NCBI GenBank assembly: GCA_030428785.1
Contig: JAUIEF010000004.1
Coordinates: forward strand, 6,074-70,073
Source of the DNA: a bacterium
GTDB lineage: Bacteria > Planctomycetota > B15-G4
Direction: 5' to 3'
DNA length: 64,000 bases
The number at the start of each line of letters is the position of its first letter. Within the stretch, counting starts at the first letter, position 1. Shown in pieces: positions 41,259-49,876 of this stretch. A model generated the notes under the pieces. The model was not told the origin of the DNA. It made no database searches and saw only the letters and a program-made list of their open reading frames with translations. The translations under genes and the position numbers were made by a program.

Positions 41259-43679
41259 GTCGAGGAAGGTGCCGCCGCTGCCGCCGAGCACGAGCCGCAC
41301 GACGAGCGTCTCCGCCTCGCCGTCCCAGGTCCACGCCGTGGCCGCGGCGCCCTGCACCGCCGCCACCGAGGCGAGCGGCGGCGTCGTCGCGCCGTCCACC
41401 GTCACGAAGAGCGGCGCGGACCCGGCGTACGGGATCGCGACCGTCGTGGCGTCGCCCGGGAAGCCGAAGCGCAGCTCGAGCCGGAAGTCGCGCGTGGCAC
41501 CGACGGGGAAGGCGAAGGCGTAGTCGTCGGGCAGCAGGACGTTCATCGCGTACGCGCTGCTGTTCACGGAGATGCCGATGTCCTGGGTCGCGCCGCGCGA
41601 GAGCGACGCGAGCGACACGTGGGCCGGCGCGCTCCCGGACTCGTCGCGGAGGCGGAGGTTCGCGTAGCGGTTGCCGGCGAGGTCGCCGGGCACGAGGAGC
41701 GCGTTCGCCGACGCGTCGTAGACCGCGTTGCCCGGCCGCAGGAGCGGGGTCGCCGCGGCGACGAACCAGCCGGCGTTCCCGGTCAGCGAACCGTCGTCGT
41801 CGTGGAGCAGCAGGCTCGCGTTTCCGCTCGCGAGCGCGGGCGTCGGCTCGTACCAGGCGGGCTCGGCCTCCTGGAGCGTGATGCCGGACACCTTCAGGCG
41901 CGGGTCGATGGCCCAGCGGTTGTCCGTGCGCAGCTGGCCGAAGGCGGCGGCCTCGCGCACGGCGCCCTGGATCGTCGTCCAGCGGAAGCGCGCGTAGGTG
42001 GTGTCGACGACCTCGACGTGGCCCTCGTAGAGCTCGTGCCCGAGGAGCGGCGCGCCGGGGGTGTTCGGCGCGGGCAGGCTGCGGCCGTAGGCGAGCTCGG
42101 CGGCGGACGTCGGCGTCCCGACGTTGTCGCTCTCGCCGACGACGACGCTGTCCTCGAGCACCGTGAAGTTGTCGCCGTCGGACTGCAGGCCGTCCGACGC
42201 GAAGAACACGGCGGTGAGGTTGTCCGCGAGCATCGCCTCGCGCCAGGTCGCCTTGATGTCCGAGGCGCGGTACGAGATCCCGATGCCGCGGTTCTTGTAG
42301 GCCGTGAAGCGAAGGAACTCGCTCGGCGCGGCGGGCGCCGGCTGCGCGAGGTAGTCGTACTTGAAGAAGCCGTTCTTGCCGTTCGAGTGCGCCGTGTTGT
42401 CGACGAAGACCACGGGCTCCTTCAACGCGGCGGCCGTCGAGATGTCGTACCAGAAGCCGTGGTCGCGCGAGCCGGCGGCCACGTTCCCCACGAGCACGTT
42501 CTCCGTGTTCTTGATCCAGAAGGTCGACGGCGTCGCGTCGCTGGGGTCGAGCTGCGCGGCGAAGGGCGGCCGGCGCGTCGAGAGGCCGAGGTTGCCCACG
42601 AGCCGGTTCCGCGTCTCGGTGCCGTCCTCCATGTAGTAGGTGTGGCCGAGGACGTCGTGGCAGACGTTGTCCTGGAGCACGACGTCCTGCGTGCCGTGCA
42701 GCACGATGCCGCGGTTCCACGAGTGGTGGATGCTCGACGATCGGATGTACGAGCCGGGCACGGACCCCAGGAGGTGGAAGTGCACCGGGTAGCGCCCGAG
42801 GAGCCCGGCGTCGCCGAGCCCGTCGAACTCCACCCACGAGACGCGCACCCGCGTCGCGCCGACGGCGGAGAGGAAGCGCACGTGCCCTCCGCGGTCCTCC
42901 GCGACGCCGGGCGCCGTGAACGCGATGTCGCGGTCGAGCAGCGCGACCTCGGCGCGCTCGTCCACGCCGAGCAGCTCGACCTCGCCCCAGTGCGTGTAGG
43001 CGAGCGGCTGGTCCAGCCCGACGAGCGTCCCGCTCGCGTCGACGGAGGTGATGACGCGCTCCTCCGCCTGGGCGAAGTCGTAGTCCGTGGACGCGACGAC
43101 GAGCGTCTCGCCGGGGCGCCAGTCGACGGGGCTCTCGAGCTGGAGCGTCGTCGCGCCGGCGGGCGCGGTCGCCGCGAGCTGCAGCCAGCTGTGCGTGCGC
43201 GGCGCGCCGTGGAGGTCGAGCACGCCGCCCTCCTCCACCTCGAAGGTTCGCGAGAGCGGATCCGTCGGCGGGTAGAAGCGCTCGCCGAGCCGGAGCTCGA
43301 GCGCGTGCGGGTACGGGAGCTGCTCCGTGCCGGCGCGGAACGTCCCGCGCACGGCGACGTGGTCGGCGGTGAGCTCGAGCGACGGGGCGCAGCCGACGAC
43401 GAGCGCGCCCTCGACGATGAGGTCGCGCAGCGGCGGCGGCGAGACGTCGAGCACGACGGTCGCGCCGACGGGGATCGTGACGGTCGCGCCGAGCGCGGGG
43501 ACCGGCTCGCCGAGCGCGGCCCAGGTCGCGGGGTCGGACCAGCGCGCGGCGCCCGGCGGCAGGACGCAGGCGTGCTCGCGTTGCGCGCGGCCGACGGCCG
43601 CGGTCGGCGCGAGCTGCGCGGGGAGCGCGGCAGGGAACACGACGAGCACCACGAGGCCGAGCGTCCGGTGCAGCAGCAT
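41223..43679 (-). CDS. Secreted G8-domain protein with beta-helix region (CEMIP/TMEM2/PKHD1-like architecture)
   Basis: In-frame ATG at 43679 preceded by GGAGGAGG. Signal MLLHRTLGLVVLVVFPAALPAQ. The G8-like N-terminus is RWSDPATWAALGEPVPALGATVTIPVGATVVLDVSPPPLRDLIVEGALV. Downstream motifs are GRYPVHFH and HHSWNRGIVLHGT. Confidence 0.8.
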   Translation of the reverse strand: MLLHRTLGLVVLVVFPAALPAQLAPTAAVGRAQREHACVLPPGAARWSDPATWAALGEPVPALGATVTIPVGATVVLDVSPPPLRDLIVEGALVVGCAPSLELTADHVAVRGTFRAGTEQLPYPHALELRLGERFYPPTDPLSRTFEVEEGGVLDLHGAPRTHSWLQLAATAPAGATTLQLESPVDWRPGETLVVASTDYDFAQAEERVITSVDASGTLVGLDQPLAYTHWGEVELLGVDERAEVALLDRDIAFTAPGVAEDRGGHVRFLSAVGATRVRVSWVEFDGLGDAGLLGRYPVHFHLLGSVPGSYIRSSSIHHSWNRGIVLHGTQDVVLQDNVCHDVLGHTYYMEDGTETRNRLVGNLGLSTRRPPFAAQLDPSDATPSTFWIKNTENVLVGNVAAGSRDHGFWYDISTAAALKEPVVFVDNTAHSNGKNGFFKYDYLAQPAPAAPSEFLRFTAYKNRGIGISYRASDIKATWREAMLADNLTAVFFASDGLQSDGDNFTVLEDSVVVGESDNVGTPTSAAELAYGRSLPAPNTPGAPLLGHELYEGHVEVVDTTYARFRWTTIQGAVREAAAFGQLRTDNRWAIDPRLKVSGITLQEAEPAWYEPTPALASGNASLLLHDDDGSLTGNAGWFVAAATPLLRPGNAVYDASANALLVPGDLAGNRYANLRLRDESGSAPAHVSLASLSRGATQDIGISVNSSAYAMNVLLPDDYAFAFPVGATRDFRLELRFGFPGDATTVAIPYAGSAPLFVTVDGATTPPLASVAAVQGAAATAWTWDGEAETLVVRLVLGGSGGTFLDGTETRVRVVGD

Positions 43680-43816
43680 GCCGCCTCCTCCATCCGCGGA
43701 TCGGTGGACGGACGCGACGCGTCGCCGTCGCCCGGGCGCCGCCCCCCGGCGACGTCGGGGCCATGGTATCGGTCGCGGCCCGATCCGTGCGGTCCCGATC
43801 CCCGCGGTTAGAGTGA

Positions 43817-43843
43817 GCGCTCGGTCGAGCGCCCCCGCGGGGG
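43817..43843. promoter_or_regulatory. Two adjacent palindromes in the divergent intergenic region (candidate operator)
   Basis: gcgctcg-gt-cgagcgc (7-2-7, 43817-43832) overlaps by one base the perfect 12-bp palindrome cccccgcggggg (43832-43843). Both lie between the G8 gene and the gene starting at 43867. Confidence 0.25.
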
Positions 43844-43866
43844 CCCGGACCACGGGAGAAGACGAC

Positions 43867-46320
43867 GTGCCTCGGCGACGGACAGCGGCCACCGACCCTC
43901 GCGTGCTCGCGGCGACGCTCGTCGTCGTGCTGCTCGTGGTGACCCTCGCGGTGTGGATGCCGGACGCGGACGCCGACGGCGACCCGGTCGTGGACGGTCC
44001 CGCCGACGCGCCGCGCACGTCGATGTCCGTGCCGTCGGGTCGCGACGACGACGAGGCCGCGTCGCCGCCCGCATCCGGCGACGTCGTCCGCCCGCTCGCC
44101 CCTCCCGTCGGTCGACGCCTCGCCGTGGACGCGCTCGAGCCCGTGCGCGCCTACGACCGCCAGGTCCTCCTCGCGCCCGACGCGAACTACGTGTCGTCGC
44201 GCGTGCTCGACGCGGACGGCGCCCCCGTCCCCGACGCACGCGTCGTCCTCTTCCGCGTCTACTCCGGCAACCACGGCGAGCGCGGCGCCTACGTGATGGA
44301 CGAGACGGTCACCGACGCCGACGGCCGCTTCGAGGTGGGCCGCGACGAGTCGGACTGGTACGCCTCCCACTGGACCCGCGATTGGCGGCTCTCGGTGGAG
44401 GCCGCGGGCCGACCGCGCTGGCACGGCTACCCCGTGCCCTTCGGCGCGCCGCCCGACGTCGTCCTGCCGCGCGCCGTCCCGGTGGAGCTCGTGCTGCGCC
44501 TCGACGACGGGACGCCGCTGTCCGGCGCCGCGGTCCACGAGCACTTCATCCTCGTCTCGGAGCGCTTCGCGCGGGACGTCGCACCGCTCTGGGCGTGGGG
44601 CACGACGGACGCCGACGGCCGGCTCGCCGTGCTCCTCGCGGAGGACCACCTCGATCCGCTCGTGCGCATCGACCACCCGGACCACGCGTCCACGCGACGA
44701 CTCCCGCCGGCCGATCCGGAAGGCCGGGTCGAGCTCACGCTCGCCACGGACCGCGCGATCGACGTCGTCTGGACCGGCGACCGCGAGGGCTGGGAGGCGC
44801 GCGGGCTGCGAGGCGGCCACGCCTGGCTCGCCCACGTGAACCATCCGGAACGCGGCTGGGGCTTCGGCGTCGCGCCGGAGCGCTTCCGGGTCACCGAGCG
44901 CACCGAGGGCCACACGCAGCACTTCGAGCACCTCTCGGACGAGCCGGTCGTGCTCACGAACGGCTTCCGCGGCCCGGTGCTCCTCGACGGCTTCGTCCCC
45001 GTGCCGGGGCGCTCGCGCTTCGAGTTCCCGCTGCCGCCGCTCGAGCGCTTCGTCCCCGGCGAGTCCTCCTGGGGCGCGCGGCTGCGCGTCACCGAGACCG
45101 GCCCGCCCGTCCGCGCGCCGCGCACGCTCGTGCTCACCGGTGCCGACGGCACGGTGCAGGAGGTGTCCAACTGGACGTACCTCGTCGCCGGAGGCCGTCC
45201 CCTCCAGAGCACGCTCGCGCCGCCCGTCACGATGTCCTTCGCGGAGTGGGGCCCCGACGGTCCGCGCGTCACGGGCGTCGGGCCGGGCGACGAGGTCGAG
45301 CTGATCGTCGACGGCGCGCGCGCCCTCGACTGGTCCGCGGCCGTGCGCGTCGACACGCGCCTGCTCGACGAGGCGCGCGCCGCGAACGCGCGGCTCTTCC
45401 TGAAGCGCGCGTCCGTCAAGGGCTACCCCGCGGACCTCGGGCTCCACGTGCTCGGCCTCGCGCCCGGGCGCTGGGAGTACTCCCTGCGCGGCGACGGCAT
45501 CCTCCGGCTCGACGGCGAGCTGGACCTGGTCGTCGGGCAGGAGGCCGTCCTCGAGCCGGAGCCGGACGCCTGGCCGGGCGTCGACCCGAGGCCGCACGAT
45601 CTCCGCGACCCGCACGCGCGCGTCGAGGGTCGCGTCGTCGTGGAGGGCGACCCCTGGACGCACGCGAGCCGGGTGCTGCTCGTGCCGCTCGACGACGTCG
45701 AGGGCCGGTCGCAGGAGACGGCCGACGTCCGCGGCGGGTCGTTCCGGCTCGCCGTGCCGCCGGGGCGCTACCGCGTCGAGGTCCTGCTCGAGCGCAACCG
45801 CTACCCCGAGCTCTCGCTCGCGCAGGGCTTCGGCGTCGAGGACGACCACCGCGTGCAGCGCGGCGAGGCGGTCCTCGACCCGCCCGTGGAGCTCGTGCTC
45901 GCGGACGGCGAGCGGCGGACGCTCGAGCTCCCGGTGTCCGCGGGGCCGCCGCGCGGGCGGATCGTCGCGCGGGTGACGCTGGACGGCGGGCCGGCCCCGA
46001 CGACCGACGCGGACTGGGGCTCCGAGCTGTACTACACGGTGCAGTGGGAGGACGCCGAGGGTCGGCAGGCGGTCGACGGCTTCCACGCGCTCGACGAGGA
46101 GGGCCGCCTGCGCGTGAGCGTGCCGCCCGGCCCCGGGACGCTCCGGCTCCTGCCCCGACCCGAGACGGCGACGTCCTTCCCGCGCGGACTCCCCGATCCC
46201 GTGGTGCGGGAGCTCGACGCGCCGCCGCCGCGGGACGCGGACGGGAACCCGCAGGCGCTCGAGGTCGACCTCGACCTGCGCTCGCCGGAGCCGGCGGCGG
46301 ACGACGACGGGAGCCGCTGA
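43867..46320 (+). CDS. Membrane-anchored hypothetical protein with several carboxypeptidase-regulatory-like domains
   Basis: In-frame GTG at 43867 with GGGAGAAG upstream. N-terminal anchor VLAATLVVVLLVVTLAVW. Repeated motifs of the type RVLDADGAPVPDARVVLF...TDADGRF. The track start 43327 lies inside the G8 gene on the opposite strand. Confidence 0.75.
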   Translation: MPRRRTAATDPRVLAATLVVVLLVVTLAVWMPDADADGDPVVDGPADAPRTSMSVPSGRDDDEAASPPASGDVVRPLAPPVGRRLAVDALEPVRAYDRQVLLAPDANYVSSRVLDADGAPVPDARVVLFRVYSGNHGERGAYVMDETVTDADGRFEVGRDESDWYASHWTRDWRLSVEAAGRPRWHGYPVPFGAPPDVVLPRAVPVELVLRLDDGTPLSGAAVHEHFILVSERFARDVAPLWAWGTTDADGRLAVLLAEDHLDPLVRIDHPDHASTRRLPPADPEGRVELTLATDRAIDVVWTGDREGWEARGLRGGHAWLAHVNHPERGWGFGVAPERFRVTERTEGHTQHFEHLSDEPVVLTNGFRGPVLLDGFVPVPGRSRFEFPLPPLERFVPGESSWGARLRVTETGPPVRAPRTLVLTGADGTVQEVSNWTYLVAGGRPLQSTLAPPVTMSFAEWGPDGPRVTGVGPGDEVELIVDGARALDWSAAVRVDTRLLDEARAANARLFLKRASVKGYPADLGLHVLGLAPGRWEYSLRGDGILRLDGELDLVVGQEAVLEPEPDAWPGVDPRPHDLRDPHARVEGRVVVEGDPWTHASRVLLVPLDDVEGRSQETADVRGGSFRLAVPPGRYRVEVLLERNRYPELSLAQGFGVEDDHRVQRGEAVLDPPVELVLADGERRTLELPVSAGPPRGRIVARVTLDGGPAPTTDADWGSELYYTVQWEDAEGRQAVDGFHALDEEGRLRVSVPPGPGTLRLLPRPETATSFPRGLPDPVVRELDAPPPRDADGNPQALEVDLDLRSPEPAADDDGSR

Positions 46321-46344
46321 CGAGCGGGGCCGGGGACGCGCGCC

Positions 46345-47238
46345 CTACCCGAGCCGCCGCCGGAACAGCGCGACCGTCCGCTCCCACGCGAGCGCAGCGG
46401 CGTCCGGGTCGAAGCGCGGCGTCGAGTCGTTGTGGAAGCCGTGGCGCGTGCCGGGGTAGACGTGGGACGCGTGCTCGACGCCCGCCGCGGCGAGCGCCGC
46501 GTCGTAGGCGTCCTTGCTCCCCGTGATGCGCGCGTCGTCCTCGGCGTAGTGCACGAGCACCTCGGCGCGCATCTCCCCCACCCGGTCGAGGTCCGGCGGA
46601 CTCCCGTAGAAGGGCGCCGCCGCGTGCAGCGACTCGCCCATCTCCACGGCGAGGTGGTTGCTCACGCCGCCGCCGAAGCAGAAGCCCGTGACGCCGAGCC
46701 GTCCGTTGCACGACGGGTGCGCGCGCAGCCACTCCGCGCCGTTGAGCATGTCGACGTGGATCCTGTCGCGGTCGAGCGTCCGTTGCAGCGCCTTGCCGTC
46801 CTCGTCGTTGCCTGGGTAGCCGCCCACGGGCGACAGCGCGTCCGGCGCGAGCGCGAGGAAGCCGGCGACCGCGGCGCGCCGCGCGACGTCCCGGACGTAC
46901 GGGTTGAGGCCGCGGTTCTCGTGCACGACGAGCACCGCGCCGAACGGCCCCTCCGTCGTGGGCTGCACGAGGTAGCCGCGCATCGTCCCCGAGTTGCCGC
47001 CCGGCGAGTCGTAGTCGACCCAGGTCGCCTTGATGCGCTCGTCGGTGAAGGAGACCTGCTGCGTCCGCGAGTAGTCCGGCAGCATGTCGGCCGCCCGGCA
47101 GGCGGCGAGCCCGGCGAGCCCGAGCGCCGCGCCGATCGCCTTCGCGCGGTCGAGGAAGTCGCGCCGCGACATGGAGCCGTGGCAGTACTCGTCGTAGAGG
47201 TCGAACAGGTCGTCGTCGAGCGTCGCGGGCGTCGTCAT
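46345..47238 (-). CDS. Dienelactone hydrolase family protein with twin-arginine signal
   Basis: In-frame ATG at 47238. Motifs are SRRDFLDRAKAIGAAL, VVHENRGLNPYVRDVARR, the GFCFGG nucleophile motif and the C-terminal HGFHND. Confidence 0.88.
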   Translation of the reverse strand: MTTPATLDDDLFDLYDEYCHGSMSRRDFLDRAKAIGAALGLAGLAACRAADMLPDYSRTQQVSFTDERIKATWVDYDSPGGNSGTMRGYLVQPTTEGPFGAVLVVHENRGLNPYVRDVARRAAVAGFLALAPDALSPVGGYPGNDEDGKALQRTLDRDRIHVDMLNGAEWLRAHPSCNGRLGVTGFCFGGGVSNHLAVEMGESLHAAAPFYGSPPDLDRVGEMRAEVLVHYAEDDARITGSKDAYDAALAAAGVEHASHVYPGTRHGFHNDSTPRFDPDAAALAWERTVALFRRRLG

Positions 47239-47341
47239 GGTGGCATGGTACACGGCGACCCGCGGCGGCCCGGCCGCGAGCCCGCGGCGCGCCCCGCCCG
47301 CGGGCTCCCGCGCCCGTCGGCGGCCCTCCGCACCGCCGACC

Positions 47342-47357
47342 TCCGCACAAGTGCGGA
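47342..47357. promoter_or_regulatory. 7-2-7 inverted repeat tccgcac-aa-gtgcgga in the divergent promoter region
   Basis: The arms are perfect. It lies between the hydrolase start (47238, minus strand) and the reductase start (47456, plus strand). Confidence 0.25.
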
Positions 47358-47455
47358 CGGCCCGGGCGCCCGGCGACGTGCAGACTGGCTCCCCGGCCGT
47401 CCGCGGCGACCCCACACGCGCGGTCGGCCGGTGACCAGACCGTCCGGAGGACACC

Positions 47456-48832
47456 ATGTCGGATCGCGCCGTTCGCATCGCCGTCGTCGGGGCCGGGCCC
47501 TCGGCGTTCTACGCCGCCGCCGCGCTCGTCAAGCAGGAGGACGTCGCCGTGCGGGTCGACCTCTTCGACCGGCTGCCCGCGCCCTACGGCCTCGTCCGCT
47601 ACGGCGTCGCGCCGGACCACCAGAACATCAAGGCCGTGACGCGTGCCTACGCGCGGACGGCCGAGGACGAGCGCGTCCGCTTCTTCGGCGGCGTCGACTT
47701 CGGCGCGCAGATCGACCTCGCGACGCTGCGCCCCCACTACGACATGGTCGTGTTCGCGGTCGGCGCGCAGAGCGACCGCGCGCTCGGCGTCCCGGGCGAG
47801 GACCTCCGCGGCAGCCTCAGCGCGACGGAATTCGTCGCCTGGTACAACGGCCACCCTGACCGCCGCGACCTCGCGCCGGACCTCGACGTCGAGGGCGTCG
47901 CGGTGATCGGCGTCGGCAACGTCGCGATGGACGTCGCGCGCATCCTCGCGAAGTCCGTCGACGAGCTGCGCGGCACGGACATCGCGGACCACGCGCTCGA
48001 GGCGCTCGCGCGCAGCCGGGTCGAGCGCATCCACGTGCTCGGGCGGCGCGGCCCCGCGCAGGCGAAGTTCACGACGCCGGAGATCCGGGAGTTCGGCACG
48101 CTCGAGCACGCCGACGCGATCGTCGACCCGGCGGACCTCGAGCTCGACGCGCACAGCCGCGCGTCCATCGAGCACGACCGCGTGTCGCAGACGAACTACG
48201 AGATCCTGCAGTCGTACGCGGAGCGCGGCGCGACGGGCAAGCCGCGGCAGGTGCGGTTCGGGTTCCTGCGGAGCCCGGCGGAGATCCACGGGCGCGACGG
48301 CCGCGTGGCCGGCCTGCGCGTCGAGAAGAACCGGCTCGTGAGCTCGGCGGACGGGTACCTCAACGCGGAGGGCACGGGCGAGTTCGAGGAGCTCGACGTC
48401 GGCATGGTGCTGCGCAGCGTCGGCTACCGCGGCGTCCCGCTGCCCGGCGTGCCCTTCGACGAGCGCCGCGGCCGCATCCCCAACGACCACGGCCGCGTGC
48501 TCAACCCGGAGACGGGCGAGCCCGTGCCCGGCATGTACGTCGTGGGCTGGGCCAAGCGCGGCCCGTCGGGCGTCATCGGCACGAACAAGAAGGACGCCGA
48601 GGAGACCGTGGCGTGGATGCTCCGGGACCTGCGGCACCTGCGTCGCGCGGGCATCGACGACCGGCCGGGCCACCGCATCGAGGACGCGCTGCGCGAGGCG
48701 GGCTGCGACGCCGTGACCTTCGACGAGTGGCGGGCGATCGACGCCGCGGAGGTCGCGGCCGGCGAGGCCGAGGGCCGGCCGCGGCGCAAGTTCGTCGACG
48801 TCGCGGAGATGCGGGCGGCGGCGCGCGGGTAG
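47456..48832 (+). CDS. fprA: Ferredoxin/adrenodoxin-NADP+ reductase, FprA type
   Basis: Similar end to end to the mycobacterial FprA pattern: IAVVGAGPSAFYAA, GLVRYGVAPDH, VVFAVGAQSDR, VIGVGNVAMDVARIL, VGWAKRGPSGVIGTNKKDA. Confidence 0.88.
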   Translation: MSDRAVRIAVVGAGPSAFYAAAALVKQEDVAVRVDLFDRLPAPYGLVRYGVAPDHQNIKAVTRAYARTAEDERVRFFGGVDFGAQIDLATLRPHYDMVVFAVGAQSDRALGVPGEDLRGSLSATEFVAWYNGHPDRRDLAPDLDVEGVAVIGVGNVAMDVARILAKSVDELRGTDIADHALEALARSRVERIHVLGRRGPAQAKFTTPEIREFGTLEHADAIVDPADLELDAHSRASIEHDRVSQTNYEILQSYAERGATGKPRQVRFGFLRSPAEIHGRDGRVAGLRVEKNRLVSSADGYLNAEGTGEFEELDVGMVLRSVGYRGVPLPGVPFDERRGRIPNDHGRVLNPETGEPVPGMYVVGWAKRGPSGVIGTNKKDAEETVAWMLRDLRHLRRAGIDDRPGHRIEDALREAGCDAVTFDEWRAIDAAEVAAGEAEGRPRRKFVDVAEMRAAARG

Positions 48833-48914
48833 GCGCGGGAGCCGCGCGTCGGCGCGGGGCGCGAAATCCGGCGGCGGCGTGCGCCGCGGCGGGCGTCGGA
48901 CGTCGCGTCGCGCC

Positions 48915-49082
48915 TCAGCGTCCGCGGCGGTCCGGGTCCATGCCCTTGCGGATCATCTCCATGCGCTCGCGGTGGCGGTGGCTCGCCGTGACGACCCCCG
49001 CGACGGTGCCGCCGAGGATGGAGACCACGCCCAACCACCCGTACCAGGGCATGGACTGCACGATCTTCTCGAAGGCTTCCAT
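48915..49082 (-). CDS. Small single-TM membrane protein (55 aa), function unknown
   Basis: In-frame ATG at 49082 with GAGGA upstream. One TM segment (WYGWLGVVSILGGTVAGVV) followed by a basic tail. GC3-rich codons are consistent with coding. Confidence 0.5.
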   Translation of the reverse strand: MEAFEKIVQSMPWYGWLGVVSILGGTVAGVVTASHRHRERMEMIRKGMDPDRRGR

Positions 49083-49192
49083 GGCGCGTCGTCCTCGGGG
49101 CGCGGGGGGCTCGCGGGCGGCTCCCCGCGGAGCCGCATTGTGACCGACCATTCGCGCTCTCGCGACGATGTCCGTGAAGAGGTCAGGATAGG

Positions 49193-49801
49193 ATGACGGT
49201 CGAGATGCCTCGCCCCCCCGTCCCGCGCTGGCTGCCGAACGCACTCACGGTCCTGCGCGTCGCGCTCATCCCGGCCTTCGTCGTGCACGCGACGTGGTGC
49301 GCGGAGTCGGTGGCGGGCGGCGGCTCGGACCTGCCGCACCGGTTCTGGGCGGTCGCGGCGCTGCTCGGCATCGGCGCGTCGGACGTCGTCGACGGCTGGC
49401 TCGCGCGACGCTACGGCCTGGCGACGCCGGTCGGCGCCGTCCTCGACGCGCTGGCGGACAAGCTCGCGCAGGTGTGCATCCTCCTCTTCTTCGCGCTCGC
49501 CGACGGCGACGCCTTCGCACGCGTGCCGCCCTGGTTCGTGGGCCTCGTCTTCGGGCGCGATCTCCTCCTCGCGCTGGGGAGCCTCGCCGTGCGTCGGCGG
49601 CGCGGCCGCGTCGACGTCGTCCACGAGCCGCACGGCAAGGTCGCGAGCCTCCTGCTCTTCCTCCTGCTCGTCTGGCTGACCGTCGACCTGCCACGCGGGG
49701 TCGTGCTCCCCGCGATGGCCGTCATCGCGGGGATCGTCCTGCTCTCGACGGCCGTCTACGTGCGCGCGGGCTGGCGGCAGTGGACGGCCGGCGGGCCCTA
49801 G
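49193..49801 (+). CDS. CDP-alcohol phosphatidyltransferase family protein
   Basis: The signature D(x2)DG(x2)AR(x8)G(x3)D(x3)D is present as SDVVDGWLARRYGLATPVGAVLDALADK. The protein is polytopic. Confidence 0.88.
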   Translation: MTVEMPRPPVPRWLPNALTVLRVALIPAFVVHATWCAESVAGGGSDLPHRFWAVAALLGIGASDVVDGWLARRYGLATPVGAVLDALADKLAQVCILLFFALADGDAFARVPPWFVGLVFGRDLLLALGSLAVRRRRGRVDVVHEPHGKVASLLLFLLLVWLTVDLPRGVVLPAMAVIAGIVLLSTAVYVRAGWRQWTAGGP

Positions 49802-49876
49802 CGGACGCGGCGTCCGCGGGGGCTCACGTCCCCGCGCCCCCTTGCCCGCGCCCGATCCGCGTGGACGATCTCGCCC

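Noticed and set aside
37641-46086. Very long track ORFs (for example 37641..43811 +, 2056 aa; 41110..46086 -, 1658 aa). The same applies elsewhere to 19326..22589, 45416..48673, 48953..51991, 49294..53097, 29..1657 and 2033..3883.
   Set aside because: Their translations are monotonous Arg/Ala/Gly/Pro/Asp strings with no motifs. They lie antisense or out of frame to ORFs that have clear domains, signal peptides and start contexts. This is the typical open-frame artefact of DNA above 70% GC.
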